A DNA stretch of 64,000 nt from an uncultured Gammaproteobacteria bacterium (GCA_963764725.1 CAVXTM010000001.1:1-64000); one strand, 5' to 3'; positions 1 through 9,556 are shown, counted from the stretch's first letter. Numbers and translations: made by a program. The notes: generated from the letters alone by a model not told the origin.

Positions 1-243
1 AAGATCCCAGCGCAACTGAACGTTCATCCAAAAATCAGCCGACATGCCAAAGAACCTCTCTAACCGAAGCGCTGTGCTTGGCGTGATTCCCCGGCGCTCA
101 TTGATAATTTCGTTAATACGCTGGTACGGGACGTGAATAGCGTCCGCCAGCTCGCGCTGGGTCAAACCCGTGGGATTCAGAAATTCCTCCAACAACATCT
201 CGCCGGGATGCGTGGGGGAGCGGTCTGTGGGAATGCGAACCAT
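1..243 (-). CDS. higA: HigA-family antitoxin (XRE HTH), runs off window start
   Basis: Manual translation from ATG at 243: MVRIPTDRSPTHPGEMLLEEFLNPTGLTQRELADAIHVPYQRINEIINERRGITPSTALRLERFFGMSADFWMNVQLRWDL; HPGExL and FWxNxQ motifs; directly downstream of higB. Confidence 0.92.
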   Translation of the reverse strand, partial: MVRIPTDRSPTHPGEMLLEEFLNPTGLTQRELADAIHVPYQRINEIINERRGITPSTALRLERFFGMSADFWMNVQLRWDL

Positions 244-256
244 GGCTTAACCCTCT

Positions 257-547
257 TTAGCTGTCACCGATTTCCACTTGATCAGGACCCTGTTCCGACC
301 AGACAAAGCAGATTCTGTAGCGGTCGTTGATACGGATGCTATGCTGCCCTTTGCGATCGCCATAAAGGGCTTCCAGGCGATTACCGGGCGGTATATGTAG
401 TTCATCCAGTGTTGTAACGGAGTCAAGCTGATCGAGCTTTCGGACTGCGACCTTCCATAACGATACCGGACAGGTTTTGCGCGCAGCTTTGGTGTTCCTG
501 CCATGAAAAAGGTCTTCTGTACCCCCGTCTCCAAATGAGACGATCAT
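257..547 (-). CDS. higB: HigB (RelE-superfamily) toxin
   Basis: MIVSF...PPGNRLEALYGDRKGQHSIRINDRYRICFVW, typical HigB killer protein; toxin-first order with higA. Confidence 0.92.
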   Translation of the reverse strand: MIVSFGDGGTEDLFHGRNTKAARKTCPVSLWKVAVRKLDQLDSVTTLDELHIPPGNRLEALYGDRKGQHSIRINDRYRICFVWSEQGPDQVEIGDS

Positions 548-557
548 AATACCATGA

Positions 558-576
558 TAGCATGGAAGTCATGCTA
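558..576. promoter_or_regulatory. Inverted repeat, probable HigA operator
   Basis: TAGCATG-GAAGT-CATGCTA immediately upstream of higB, in the 105-bp gap shared with divergent RT-cas1. Confidence 0.55.
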
Positions 577-652
577 CTATAGCAACGCCTACTCACTGTC
601 GGCGAAGGTTTCGCCCTATCCCGTAACCGAGCCATCGAAACGCTGAATCACC

Positions 653-2933
653 ATGCCCGCCCTCCTGCATCAAGTCCTCGCTTTCGCCACCCTGCGCGAC
701 GCTTGGCACAGGGTGCGAGAAAACCGGGGCTGCGCGGGCGGGGACGGGGAAACGCTGGAGCAGTTCGAGACGCATCTGGAGACCCAGCTCGCGGCGCTTC
801 GCAACGAGGTCGTTCAAGGCAGCTACGAGCCGCGTCCGCTCTTGAGCGTCGTCGTGGGATCTCCCGGCAAGCAGCCGCGGCAGCTCGCGGTGCCCGCGGT
901 GCGGGATCGGGTGCTGCAAACGGCGGCGGCGCTCGTGCTCACGCCCCTCTTCGAGGCCGAGTTCGAGGACTGCAGCTTCGCCTATCGCCGCGGGCGCTCG
1001 GTCGATCAAGCCGTCCGCCGCATCATGCAGTACCGGGATCAGGGCTTCCGCTGGGTTGTAGACGCGGACATCGCCTCCTTCTTCGCCGAGATCGATCACG
1101 AGCGCTTGCTGCGCGAGGTGGCCGAGCTGGTTCAGGACGTGCGGATCATAGATCTCATAAAGATATGGCTCAAAGCACCGCTCACGGACTTTGAGACGAC
1201 CTGGCGGCCGACGAAAGGCATCGCACTGGGATCGCCGATTTCGCCGCTGCTTGCGAATCTTTATCTCGATCATCTCGACGAGGCCCTGCTCGGGGAAAAT
1301 CTGCGCTTGGTGCGCTTCTCGGACGATTTCCTGGTCCTCTGCAAGCACGAGGAGCAGGCGGCGCGCGCGCTCGATCTCACCGAAGAGGTCCTGGGGGTCA
1401 TGCGATTGCGGCTGAATCGGGAGAAGACGCGCATCGTCGATTTCGAGCGCGGCTTTCGGTTCCTGGGGGTGGAGTTTGTCCGCAACCTGGTGCTTAAATG
1501 CCGCACGACCGACGAGCAAACCGACTACGCCGAGATGCTGCCGCCGGAGGAGCCGGGCGCCGATAACGCCGGTGCCGTTGTACGTGGAAGCCGAAGCGGT
1601 GCTGGTGGAGGCCGAGCCCGCGATCCAAGGGGCTTTGACGTTGGCCCTGACTGAGGTGCTTAAGCAAAAGCAGGAGGACACGGCGCCGGGCGCGGATGCA
1701 GAGGACAGCCTCGCGATCGACGACAGAGGAGGAGCCGACCGCGGACAGTGATCCTATCCTCCGCACCTTATATCTCATGGAGCACGGTTGCGTCCTGGGA
1801 AAAGAATCCGAGCGTCTGGTGGTGCGAAAGAACGGCGAGGTGCTGCAGGAGGTGCCGGCCATCAAGGTTGATCAGATCATGGTGTTCGGTAACTCGCAGA
1901 TCACGACCCAGGCGATGGCGTTCTGTCTCATCGAGCGCATCCCCATCGTGCTGCTCTCCGGCCGGGGCCGCTACTACGGGGTGATCGACTCGCTGGATAC
2001 CGATCCGGTCCTGCTGCAACGCGATCAGTTCCAACGGTCGGCCGATCCGGACTTCTGCCTTGAGGTGGCGCGGGCGATCGTGACCGGCAAGCTCCAGAAC
2101 ATGCGGCTCATCCTCCGGCGCTATGCGCGCAAGCGCGAGGCGCCGGCCTTGACGGCGGCCGAGCGGTCGCTGCAGGGCTTTGTTGCGGACATCGAAAAGG
2201 CCCGGACGCTCGATGCGCTACGAGGTTACGAAGGCATAGGCTCCAAGGCGTATTTCGAAGCGCTGCGCACGCTCTTGCCCGCGGCGTGGGGATTCAAGAA
2301 ACGCGTCCGCCAGCCGCCGACGGATCCGTTCAATGCCCTCCTGTCCTACGGCTACACCTTGCTCTTCTACAACATCTATGCCCTGGTGAGGGCGCGTGGT
2401 CTGAGCCCACACGCAGGCTTTTTGCATCCGCTCCGCGCCGGTCATCCGGCCCTGGTCTCGGATCTCATCGAGGAGTTCCGTGCGTTGGTCGTGGATGCCC
2501 TGGTGCTGTCACTGGTCCTGAATGGGCGCCTTGCCCTCGAGGATTTCACCTACGCCGAGACGCCGGATAATTCCGGTTCCAGTTCAAAAGTAGAACGCGA
2601 AGCCGACGAGCGAGCGACGAGACATACCGTAGATGGTAGGCGAGGAGTGAGTGAGGAAAGCCAGGCCCAGGGACGGCGCCTGCTTGGCGCGCCGAGGATG
2701 CAAGGCGACAAAGTTATACAATGAAATGGGAGCGGAATAAGGCCTGTATGCTCAGCGATGACGCACGCAAGACGTTCATCCACGCCTTCGAGGCCAAGAT
2801 GAACGCCGCGGTCACCCATCCCGCCACCGGCCAGCGGCTGGATTACCGGCGCTGTGTCGACGAACAGGTAATGACCATGGCGAGCGTCATCCGGGGCAAG
2901 CAAGTCTCCTACACGCCGATGGTGCTCAGATGA
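653..2933 (+). CDS. cas1: Reverse transcriptase-Cas1 fusion (about 700 aa reconstructed), broken by two +1 frameshifts (~1558, ~1723) and a MITE at 2571-2737
   Basis: RT motifs (PAVRDRVLQ, SFAYRRGRS, VVDADIASFF, GIALGSPISPLLANLYL, RFSDDF, FRFLG) in 653-1654; acidic linker in the 1476 frame; Cas1 motifs (RTLYLMEHG, RGYEG, NALLSYGY, GFLH, SDLIEEFR) in 1696-2570; Cas1 C-terminus in 2741-2933. Confidence 0.9.
2571..2737. mobile_element. 167-bp MITE-like insertion in cas1
   Basis: Flanked by TAA duplication (2568-2570, 2738-2740); imperfect 16-bp terminal inverted repeats TTCCGGTTCCAGTTCA / TGAAATGGGAGCGGAA (13/16); removal restores the cas1 frame ...YAETPD-KACMLSDD... Confidence 0.88.
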
Positions 2934-3212
2934 GTCGCTGGTGGATCGTCTCTTACGACATCAGCCGACGATGGGCGCCGCCGCCGGATCGCAGAGATCC
3001 TGGAGGGCTACGGCCAGCGCGTGCAATGGAGCGTCTTCGAGTGTTCTCTGGACGATCGGGTGCTCGAGGAGTTGCGGGCCCGTCTGCGCGAAGAGTTGGA
3101 CGGCGATGCGGACAGCCTCCGCTACTATCCGCTCTGCCTCTGGTGCCGCGAGCGGGTAATCTGGCGAGGACGGGGCATGGCCGCGACCGACTGGAAATAC
3201 ACCGTCGTCTGA
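2930..3212 (+). CDS. cas2: CRISPR-associated Cas2 (first copy), +1 frameshift near 2966
   Basis: WIVSYDI.DDGRRRRIAEILEGYGQRVQWSVFEC...DSLRYYPLC; overlaps cas1 stop (ATGA). Confidence 0.9.
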
Positions 3213-3262
3213 TTGCCAGATACAGGGATGTATCGCCTTACGCACCTAAGGATGGAACGCTT

Positions 3263-3540
3263 ATGTTCGTATTGGTGTGTTACGATATCACCGATGATCG
3301 ACGCCGCTATCGCGTTGCCTCCGAGCTTGAGAATTTTGGCTGCCGGGTGCAGTACAGCGTGTTCGAGTGTCATCTGGAGGAGCCGCAGCTACAAGAGCTG
3401 CAAGCGCGTTTGCTCGACCCTGATCGATGAAGCAAGAGGACCACGTGCGCTATTACGCGCTCTGTCCCAAAGATGAGACTGCGGTACTCGTCGACGGGTT
3501 GGGCCGGAAGACGCCCGACTGGGATTATCGGGTTGTTTGA
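3263..3540 (+). CDS. cas2: CRISPR-associated Cas2 (second copy), two +1 frameshifts near 3420 and 3437
   Basis: MFVLVCYDITDDRRRYRVASELENFGCRVQYSVFEC...DHVRYYALCPKD...DWDYRVV. Confidence 0.9.
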
Positions 3541-3770
3541 GAGTGCATCTCATTGTCAGCGGCCCGAATCGTCAAATTAACGCCGCATGGCGGAAAGCGC
3601 TTGCCGATCAGGAGGTTAGGCTAGTACCTCGTCACGCACGGGCAGATCCTTGATTTATCGAGAGAAACAGGCGAAAAACCGCTTGCATCGCGGACTTGAT
3701 TATGGCAATTTGGGCATGGGCCGCAGGGAAGGGAAATATTGAAAGTGTGTCAAGGAATTGCAGACGAAGG
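3541..3770 (+). promoter_or_regulatory. CRISPR leader
   Basis: Non-coding, lower-GC stretch between cas2 stop and first repeat. Confidence 0.75.
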
Positions 3771-5376
3771 GCTGTTTAACCGACCGGGATCAGAACGGGA
3801 TTGAAACTGTAGACAGCCAGAAGCTCCACTAGATGAAGTTGATCGGCTGTTTAACCGACCGGGATCAGAACGGGATTGAAACCTTCAGTATCTGCGAACA
3901 TGCTAGTCTGTCAACCTCATCGGCTGTTTAACCGACCGGGATCAGAACGGGATTGAAACATCCGATGCTTCGACGTCTCACGCCTGATCATGCTCGTGCT
4001 GTTTAACCGACCGGGATCAGAACGGGATTGAAACATGCTATGATCGACATGTCTAAGCTGCCAAGACTCTGCGCTGTTTAACCGACCGGGATCAGAACGG
4101 GATTGAAACCTGATCATGACGACTAAGCACGTTCGGCACACTCCTTGCTAGCTGTTTAACCGACCGGGATCAGAACGGGATTGAAACCTGTCCAGCTCTG
4201 GTCAACGATCAGGACTACATCGCTACGGCTGTTTAACCGACCGGGATCAGAACGGGATTGAAACCGTACCGCTGACTCGAGTCACCCAATACGTCATACC
4301 GGCTGTTTAACCGACCGGGATCAGAACGGGATTGAAACTTGATAGCCAGAACTGCGTCACGATTGCCAGCTGCCGACCAGTTGCTGTTTAACCGACCGGG
4401 ATCAGAACGGGATTGAAACAGTTATGCCGCATGTCTCATGCGCGATTGCTGAACCAGTGGCTGTTTAACCGACCGGGATCAGAACGGGATTGAAACGTCA
4501 TGGTCGACATCGGTCATCGACGGCAATCAGCAGCTGTTTAACCGACCGGGATCAGAACGGGATTGAAACTCATCTGAGACATCTTGCCCAGGCGATGTCG
4601 ATGCTGTTTAACCGACCGGGATCAGAACGGGATTGAAACTGTACTGCGAGCTTAGCGACGCTCGCGATGACGTGCTTGACGCATGCAGCTGTTTAACCGA
4701 CCGGGATCAGAACGGGATTGAAACTTCCTATGGCGAGACCGCTGTTTAACCGACCGGGATCAGAACGGGATTGAAACTAGTCGACGCATCGTGGGTCGCT
4801 GTTTAACCGACCGGGATCAGAACGGGATTGAAACTCATGCTCGGGTGCTTAGCTGGCTCGGTAGCATCGTGGCTGTTTAACCGACCGGGATCAGAACGGG
4901 ATTGAAACTTCTGCAGATCTGACGGTCACGCTCGTCGTCATCGCTCGATGGCTGTTTAACCGACCGGGATCAGAACGGGATTGAAACCGATGCGCTACTG
5001 CCGTACGCATTGGATACGCTGACGGAGCTGTTTAACCGACCGGGATCAGAACGGGATTGAAACCACTACGCTGATGATGCGATCGCGATATCCATCGCTG
5101 CGGCTGTTTAACCGACCGGGATCAGAACGGGATTGAAACTCCAATGCTGTGCCATCGGCATGACCCATAGCTCTCATTGAGCGCTGTTTAACCGACCGGG
5201 ATCAGAACGGGATTGAAACACAACTTGTCTGCAGCGACGCTGGCTACCTGCGTTGGTCGCTGTTTAACCGACCGGGATCAGAACGGGATTGAAACCTCAC
5301 GAAACTACGCTGTCAGCGGTCACTGTAAGATTGCACGTGGCTGTTTAACCGACCGGGATCAGAACGGGATTGAAAG
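3771..5376 (+). CRISPR. CRISPR array, 22 repeats of 37 bp (GCTGTTTAACCGACCGGGATCAGAACGGGATTGAAAC), 21 spacers of 16-48 bp
   Basis: Repeats counted directly; 21 identical, last ends GAAAG; ATTGAAAC 3' end, leader on the left and degenerate terminal repeat on the right give + orientation. Confidence 0.99.
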
Positions 5377-5381
5377 ATCGG

Positions 5382-5544
5382 ATGTAGGGTGGGTGAGCCG
5401 CGCTGTTTGCGGCGTAACCCACCAACCCGTCGGCCGCAGGCCGACACCTCAACCTGCTTGCGAAGCCGAAATCTAAGGTGACGCGCTTCGCGCGTCGGAT
5501 CGGTGCGTTACGGCGTAAAAAAGCACGCCTAACGCACCCTACAT
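5382..5544. repeat. Inverted pair of GTAG-family REP palindromes (REPIN-like)
   Basis: ATGTAGGGTGGGTGAGCCGC...GCGGCGTAACCCACC at left and GGTGCGTTACGGCG...CGCCTAACGCACCCTACAT at right; GTAG/CTAC feet with hairpins. Confidence 0.75.
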
Positions 5545-5776
5545 TCCTAGAGTCGACAATTTCAAATATCTTCGGCTAGGGACTTGAACGAGGCGGCCGC
5601 CTTTCGCACCGGGAGTGGGAGCTAATCCATAGTTACTCACGAACTTTTCGGAAGAGTCGAAAATTCTGTACCCAGCCCGCGCATTCCCTGTAACATGCAC
5701 GGCCCAGTATAGACACTTGGCATTAGGCTTGACTGGTAATCGTTCACGGAACCCCATAGAAACTTGGCACGCGACG

Positions 5777-6589
5777 ATGAATTTGATCCTATTGTTACCC
5801 GCCTTGATCATGGGCACTCTCGAGGGTCTCACGGAGTTCCTGCCCATCTCGAGCACCGGCCATTTGATTATCGCGGGCGAGCTGTTGGACTTCACCGGCG
5901 AGAGGGCAAAGACCTTCGAGATCGTCATCCAATTGGGCGCCATCCTGGCCGTGTGCTGGTATTATCGCGCGAAGCTTGTCGAGGTGGCGCGCGGGATCAC
6001 GCACAATGCCATTACCCAGCGTTTTCTCGGCAACCTCGCGCTGGCCTTTCTCCCCGCGGCATTCTTGGGCGTGCTGCTGCACCGATTCATCAAAGATCAC
6101 CTGTTTCATCCGATCACGGTGGCCGCGGCCTTGATCCTGGGGGGAGTCGTGATCCTTCTGGTCGAGCGCTCGAAGGGCGAGGCCAGGGTGCATGCGGTCG
6201 AGGACATGTGTTGGCCGGAGGCGCTCAAGATCGGCTGCGTCCAGGCGCTGGCCTTGATCCCCGGCACCTCGCGTTCCGGGGCGACGATCATCGGCGGATT
6301 GGTGTTCGGCCTATCGCGGCAGGCGGCGACGGAATTCTCGTTCTTTCTCGCGATCCCGACCATGTTCGCCGCGACCTTCTATGAGGGCGTAAACAACTGG
6401 CATCTGTTACAGGAGGGCGATCTATCGCTATTCGGGATCGGGTTTACCGCGGCCTTCATCTCCGGCCTCGCTGCCGTCAAGGCGTTGCTTCATTTCGTAA
6501 AAAATCATAGCTTTTGCGTCTTTGCTTACTACCGGATCGTTTTCGGAGGGGTAGTGCTTTCTTATTTTTGGTTAGTTCCAGGGAGTTGA
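5777..6589 (+). CDS. uppP: Undecaprenyl-diphosphate phosphatase
   Basis: EGLTEFLPISSTGH and PGTSRSGAT motifs of BacA/UppP. Confidence 0.95.
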   Translation: MNLILLLPALIMGTLEGLTEFLPISSTGHLIIAGELLDFTGERAKTFEIVIQLGAILAVCWYYRAKLVEVARGITHNAITQRFLGNLALAFLPAAFLGVLLHRFIKDHLFHPITVAAALILGGVVILLVERSKGEARVHAVEDMCWPEALKIGCVQALALIPGTSRSGATIIGGLVFGLSRQAATEFSFFLAIPTMFAATFYEGVNNWHLLQEGDLSLFGIGFTAAFISGLAAVKALLHFVKNHSFCVFAYYRIVFGGVVLSYFWLVPGS

Positions 6590-6592
6590 TGA

Positions 6593-7216
6593 ATGTCTGA
6601 CTACGCAACGCTCGTAGCTACGCTTAACCGCTGTGCCGAACGCGCGCGCGAAGAGACTCTTACCTTGGGGCAGGTGCTCGACTCCATCGAAGAAGCCGCC
6701 TTTGCGTTCATCTGCATCATCATGGCGTTGCCGTTTCTGCAACCGCTCACGCTCGGCCCCTTGTCGGTGATCGGCGGGCTCAGCTTCGCCGCCTTAGGCT
6801 GGCAGCTTTTCCGGGGTCATCCGACGCCGATGCTGCCCGAAAGGGCGAGGAATACCGTCATCGGCCACAAAACCTGGGATGTCTTAATCGGCATATGCTT
6901 GAAGATCCTCGGGTGGTGCCGGCGGTTTACCAAACCGCGTTATAGCTATTGGGTCACCGGAGAGAAAGGCCGGCAGATCAGCGGCCTCACGATCATGACC
7001 GGCGGCTTGTTGATGGCGATACCCGCCTTCGGTTTGCCCTTCAACAACTTGATCCCCGCGCTCGCCATTTTTTTTGTGTGCGTCGCCGAGCTGGAGCAGG
7101 ACGGGTTAATGGTCTTCGTGGCCTTCGGCTGGTTGATCGCCACGGTGCTCTATTTCGTCGTCGCTTTTGCGCTGGTGTGGTTCCTTGGCGAGGAGGCTCT
7201 GTCCTTCTTTCACTAG
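6593..7216 (+). CDS. exoD: ExoD-family membrane protein
   Basis: TLGQVLD, LPF, PxLP, PFxNxIPA..E.DG pattern with hydrophobic helices. Confidence 0.75.
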   Translation: MSDYATLVATLNRCAERAREETLTLGQVLDSIEEAAFAFICIIMALPFLQPLTLGPLSVIGGLSFAALGWQLFRGHPTPMLPERARNTVIGHKTWDVLIGICLKILGWCRRFTKPRYSYWVTGEKGRQISGLTIMTGGLLMAIPAFGLPFNNLIPALAIFFVCVAELEQDGLMVFVAFGWLIATVLYFVVAFALVWFLGEEALSFFH

Positions 7217-7277
7217 CGTCTATCCGATAAAGAAACTCCACTCGCGAGAGCCCTACCCCAATCGGCGATCGTGGGGT

Positions 7278-7664
7278 TTAGAGTTCGGCTATAGCTATTT
7301 TCAGCGCACGCGCCGCCGCCAGCAACCGCTCGTCGTAACTCGCCAGCGCTACGGTTTGACCCTGGTTGCGGAGGAATTCCATTGAAGCCAGGTGTAACGC
7401 GTCTAAGGTCCGAACAGGCCGGGGGAAAGGCTCCAGCGCACGAGCGAGCACCGGCGGAGCTAGCTCCAGCAAGGCCACGCGGCCTACGAGGGCGCGCACG
7501 TGTTCGCCGTGGGAATGGGCGAGTTTGCGAGCATGGATGCGGGTCCAAAGCTCGTATTCGAGCAAGCGGCTCGCCACCAGCATCTCGTGCCAGAGGCTTT
7601 CCGGCGGCAAGCGATCCTCGGCCAGTAAGTATGCAAGGGCGACCGAGGTATCAAGGTAGATCAC
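7278..7664 (-). CDS. vapC: PIN-domain VapC toxin
   Basis: IYLDTS, RTLDALHLAS, SYDERL motifs. Confidence 0.9.
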   Translation of the reverse strand: MIYLDTSVALAYLLAEDRLPPESLWHEMLVASRLLEYELWTRIHARKLAHSHGEHVRALVGRVALLELAPPVLARALEPFPRPVRTLDALHLASMEFLRNQGQTVALASYDERLLAAARALKIAIAEL

Positions 7665-7951
7665 CGCTCCGAGCGATCCTGCGCAAGCTCTTGCAGGAGT
7701 TGATGATGCGGGGCGACAGGCGCGCGTGCCGGCGGAACGCCCGTCGGCAGCGACGGCGGGATCAGCCAGCCGCGGCGTACCGACTCGGCCAGCAATGCAT
7801 CCGCCAGTAACGGGCTCCTCTCGGCGCGGGGTGGCGTGAGTTCGGCAACCACACGGTCGCGATCCGTGACCAGCACTGTCTCCCCGCTCGCCGCGAGGCG
7901 CACGTACTCACTCAGCTTGTTCTTAAGTATCTTAAGGCCGACCGATCGCAT
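7661..7951 (-). CDS. Phd/YefM-family antitoxin
   Basis: VGLKILKNKLSEYVRLAASGETVLVTDRDRVVAEL; overlaps vapC start. Confidence 0.88.
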   Translation of the reverse strand: MRSVGLKILKNKLSEYVRLAASGETVLVTDRDRVVAELTPPRAERSPLLADALLAESVRRGWLIPPSLPTGVPPARAPVAPHHQLLQELAQDRSER

Positions 7952-7960
7952 GACTACAAG

Positions 7961-7978
7961 GTAGCTTCCGGAAGCTAC
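7961..7978. promoter_or_regulatory. Perfect 18-bp palindrome, probable antitoxin operator
   Basis: GTAGCTTCCGGAAGCTAC, 10 bp upstream of the antitoxin start. Confidence 0.65.
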
Positions 7979-8051
7979 TATGTCAAGCTTCGCGGGGCTA
8001 TCGAACTGCGCGCGCCGTAAAGGTCGCGATCCGCGCCCGTTGACTTTTTCA

Positions 8052-8234
8052 CTAACAGCAACGCCGCACTCCGCTCCACTTGCGCTCGACTTCGGCTTTA
8101 AAAAACTCGGCGCGGGTCATCGGCGTCGCTTCCTCGGCCGCGTGCCGGGCGCGCCAGTGGGTTAGGTAACGCTCATAGGCGTCATCGCCGCTGAGGGCGC
8201 GGAAGATCTGCCATATTCGTTGCAAAAAGCGCAT
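8052..8234 (-). CDS. YbdD/YjiX-family small protein (DUF466)
   Basis: GDDAYERYL..H...PMTRAEFF...RCC C-terminus. Confidence 0.8.
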   Translation of the reverse strand: MRFLQRIWQIFRALSGDDAYERYLTHWRARHAAEEATPMTRAEFFKAEVERKWSGVRRCC

Positions 8235-8274
8235 GCAGTGTTATTCCACTGGAATTAGTAACGCGCCGGGCGGG

Positions 8275-8766
8275 TTACTCTTTCGAGTCCTTGTCGCCGC
8301 CACTCTCGGCGGCTTTCCCGTATAGAAACTGACCGATGACTTGTTCGAAGACCACGGCGGATTGTGTATCCGTGATCACGTCCCCGCCTTTGAGGAATTC
8401 TTCGCTGCCCCCGGGAGCAAGGCTGATGTATTGCTCACCGAGTAACCCGGCCGTGTAGACGTTGGCGCCGGTATCCGCTGGGATCTGATTATACTGCTTG
8501 TCGATCTGTAAAATGGCAACCGCGGTGTACGATTTTGAGTCGAATTCGATGGCGTTGACGCGCCCCACGGTGACACCCGCCATCTTGACCGGCGAACGCA
8601 CCTTCAGTCCGCCGATATTGTCGAACATAGCGCGTATCTCGTAGGTGCTGTCGGCGCCGAAACTGCTGAGACTCAAGTTACTTATTCGCATGGTGAGCAC
8701 CAGCAGCGCTCCCAAGCCGAGCGCGACGAAGGCTCCGACAATGGTTTCGATCCATTTTGAATGCAT
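8275..8766 (-). CDS. mlaD: MCE-domain lipid asymmetry protein MlaD
   Basis: FDNIGGLKVRSPVKMAGVTVGRV, TAGLLGEQYI. Confidence 0.93.
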   Translation of the reverse strand: MHSKWIETIVGAFVALGLGALLVLTMRISNLSLSSFGADSTYEIRAMFDNIGGLKVRSPVKMAGVTVGRVNAIEFDSKSYTAVAILQIDKQYNQIPADTGANVYTAGLLGEQYISLAPGGSEEFLKGGDVITDTQSAVVFEQVIGQFLYGKAAESGGDKDSKE

Positions 8767-8779
8767 CAGGAATAGCCCT

Positions 8780-9556
8780 TTAGTCGAACATCAAAGCGGT
8801 GAGCACGAAATCGAGCCCCAGCACCGCGAGGCTGGAGTTTACCACGGTCCGAGTCGTCGCGCGGCTGATGCCTTCCGCGGTGGGGGCCGTATCATATCCC
8901 TCGAATACGGCAATCCAGGTGACCGCGATGCCGAAGACAAGACTCTTGATGACGCCGTTCAGGATATCGTCCTGAAAATCAACCGCCGACTGCATCTGGG
9001 ACCAGAAAGCGCCCTCATCGACGCCAAGCAATCCCACGCCGACGAAGTAGCCCCCATAGACGCCGACCGCGCTGAAGATCGCCGCGAGCAAGGGCATGGC
9101 CAGGATCCCGGCGAGCAGCCTTGGCGCGACCACGCGGTGCAGCGGATCGACGGCCATCATCTCCATGGCCGCCAACTGCTCGGTGGTTTTCATGAGCCCG
9201 ATCTCGGCCGTCAAGGCCGAACCGGCGCGCCCCGCGAACAGCAGCGCCGAGACCACCGGTCCGAGCTCGCGCACCAGCGACAATGCCAGCAGGATCCCGA
9301 GCGACTCCTCGGCGCCGAAATCCACCAGGGTGTTATAGCCTTGCAACCCTAGCACCATGCCGACGAAAAGCCCCGAAACCACGATGATGACGAGCGACAG
9401 CACCCCGAGCGCGAAAACCTGCAAGGTGAGTAAGCGCCAGCGATATAGCGTGGCCGGCAACCCGCCGAGGGTGTATAGCAGAAAGATGTGTCCGCGCCCG
9501 AGGCGCTCGAAAAAGCTCAATCCGGCGCGGCCCAAGGCGCGCAGCGGGCTCATCAC
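8780..9556 (-). CDS. mlaE: ABC permease MlaE
   Basis: [27 protein letters not shown]. Confidence 0.95.
   Translation of the reverse strand: MMSPLRALGRAGLSFFERLGRGHIFLLYTLGGLPATLYRWRLLTLQVFALGVLSLVIIVVSGLFVGMVLGLQGYNTLVDFGAEESLGILLALSLVRELGPVVSALLFAGRAGSALTAEIGLMKTTEQLAAMEMMAVDPLHRVVAPRLLAGILAMPLLAAIFSAVGVYGGYFVGVGLLGVDEGAFWSQMQSAVDFQDDILNGVIKSLVFGIAVTWIAVFEGYDTAPTAEGISRATTRTVVNSSLAVLGLDFVLTALMFD

Noticed and set aside
612-640. Sequence ending ATCGAAAC upstream of RT as a degenerate repeat
   Set aside because: Similarity confined to the last few bases
653-1654. RT as a group II intron, retron or DGR enzyme
   Set aside because: No maturase/X domain, intron flanks, ncRNA or template/variable repeat pair seen; it continues through a linker into Cas1
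3808-5339. Self-targeting spacers within the window
   Set aside because: No match noticed by eye; an alignment search is needed to exclude it
3917-5476. ORFs 3917-4141 (-) and 5213-5476 (+)
   Set aside because: Translations of CRISPR repeats and spacers
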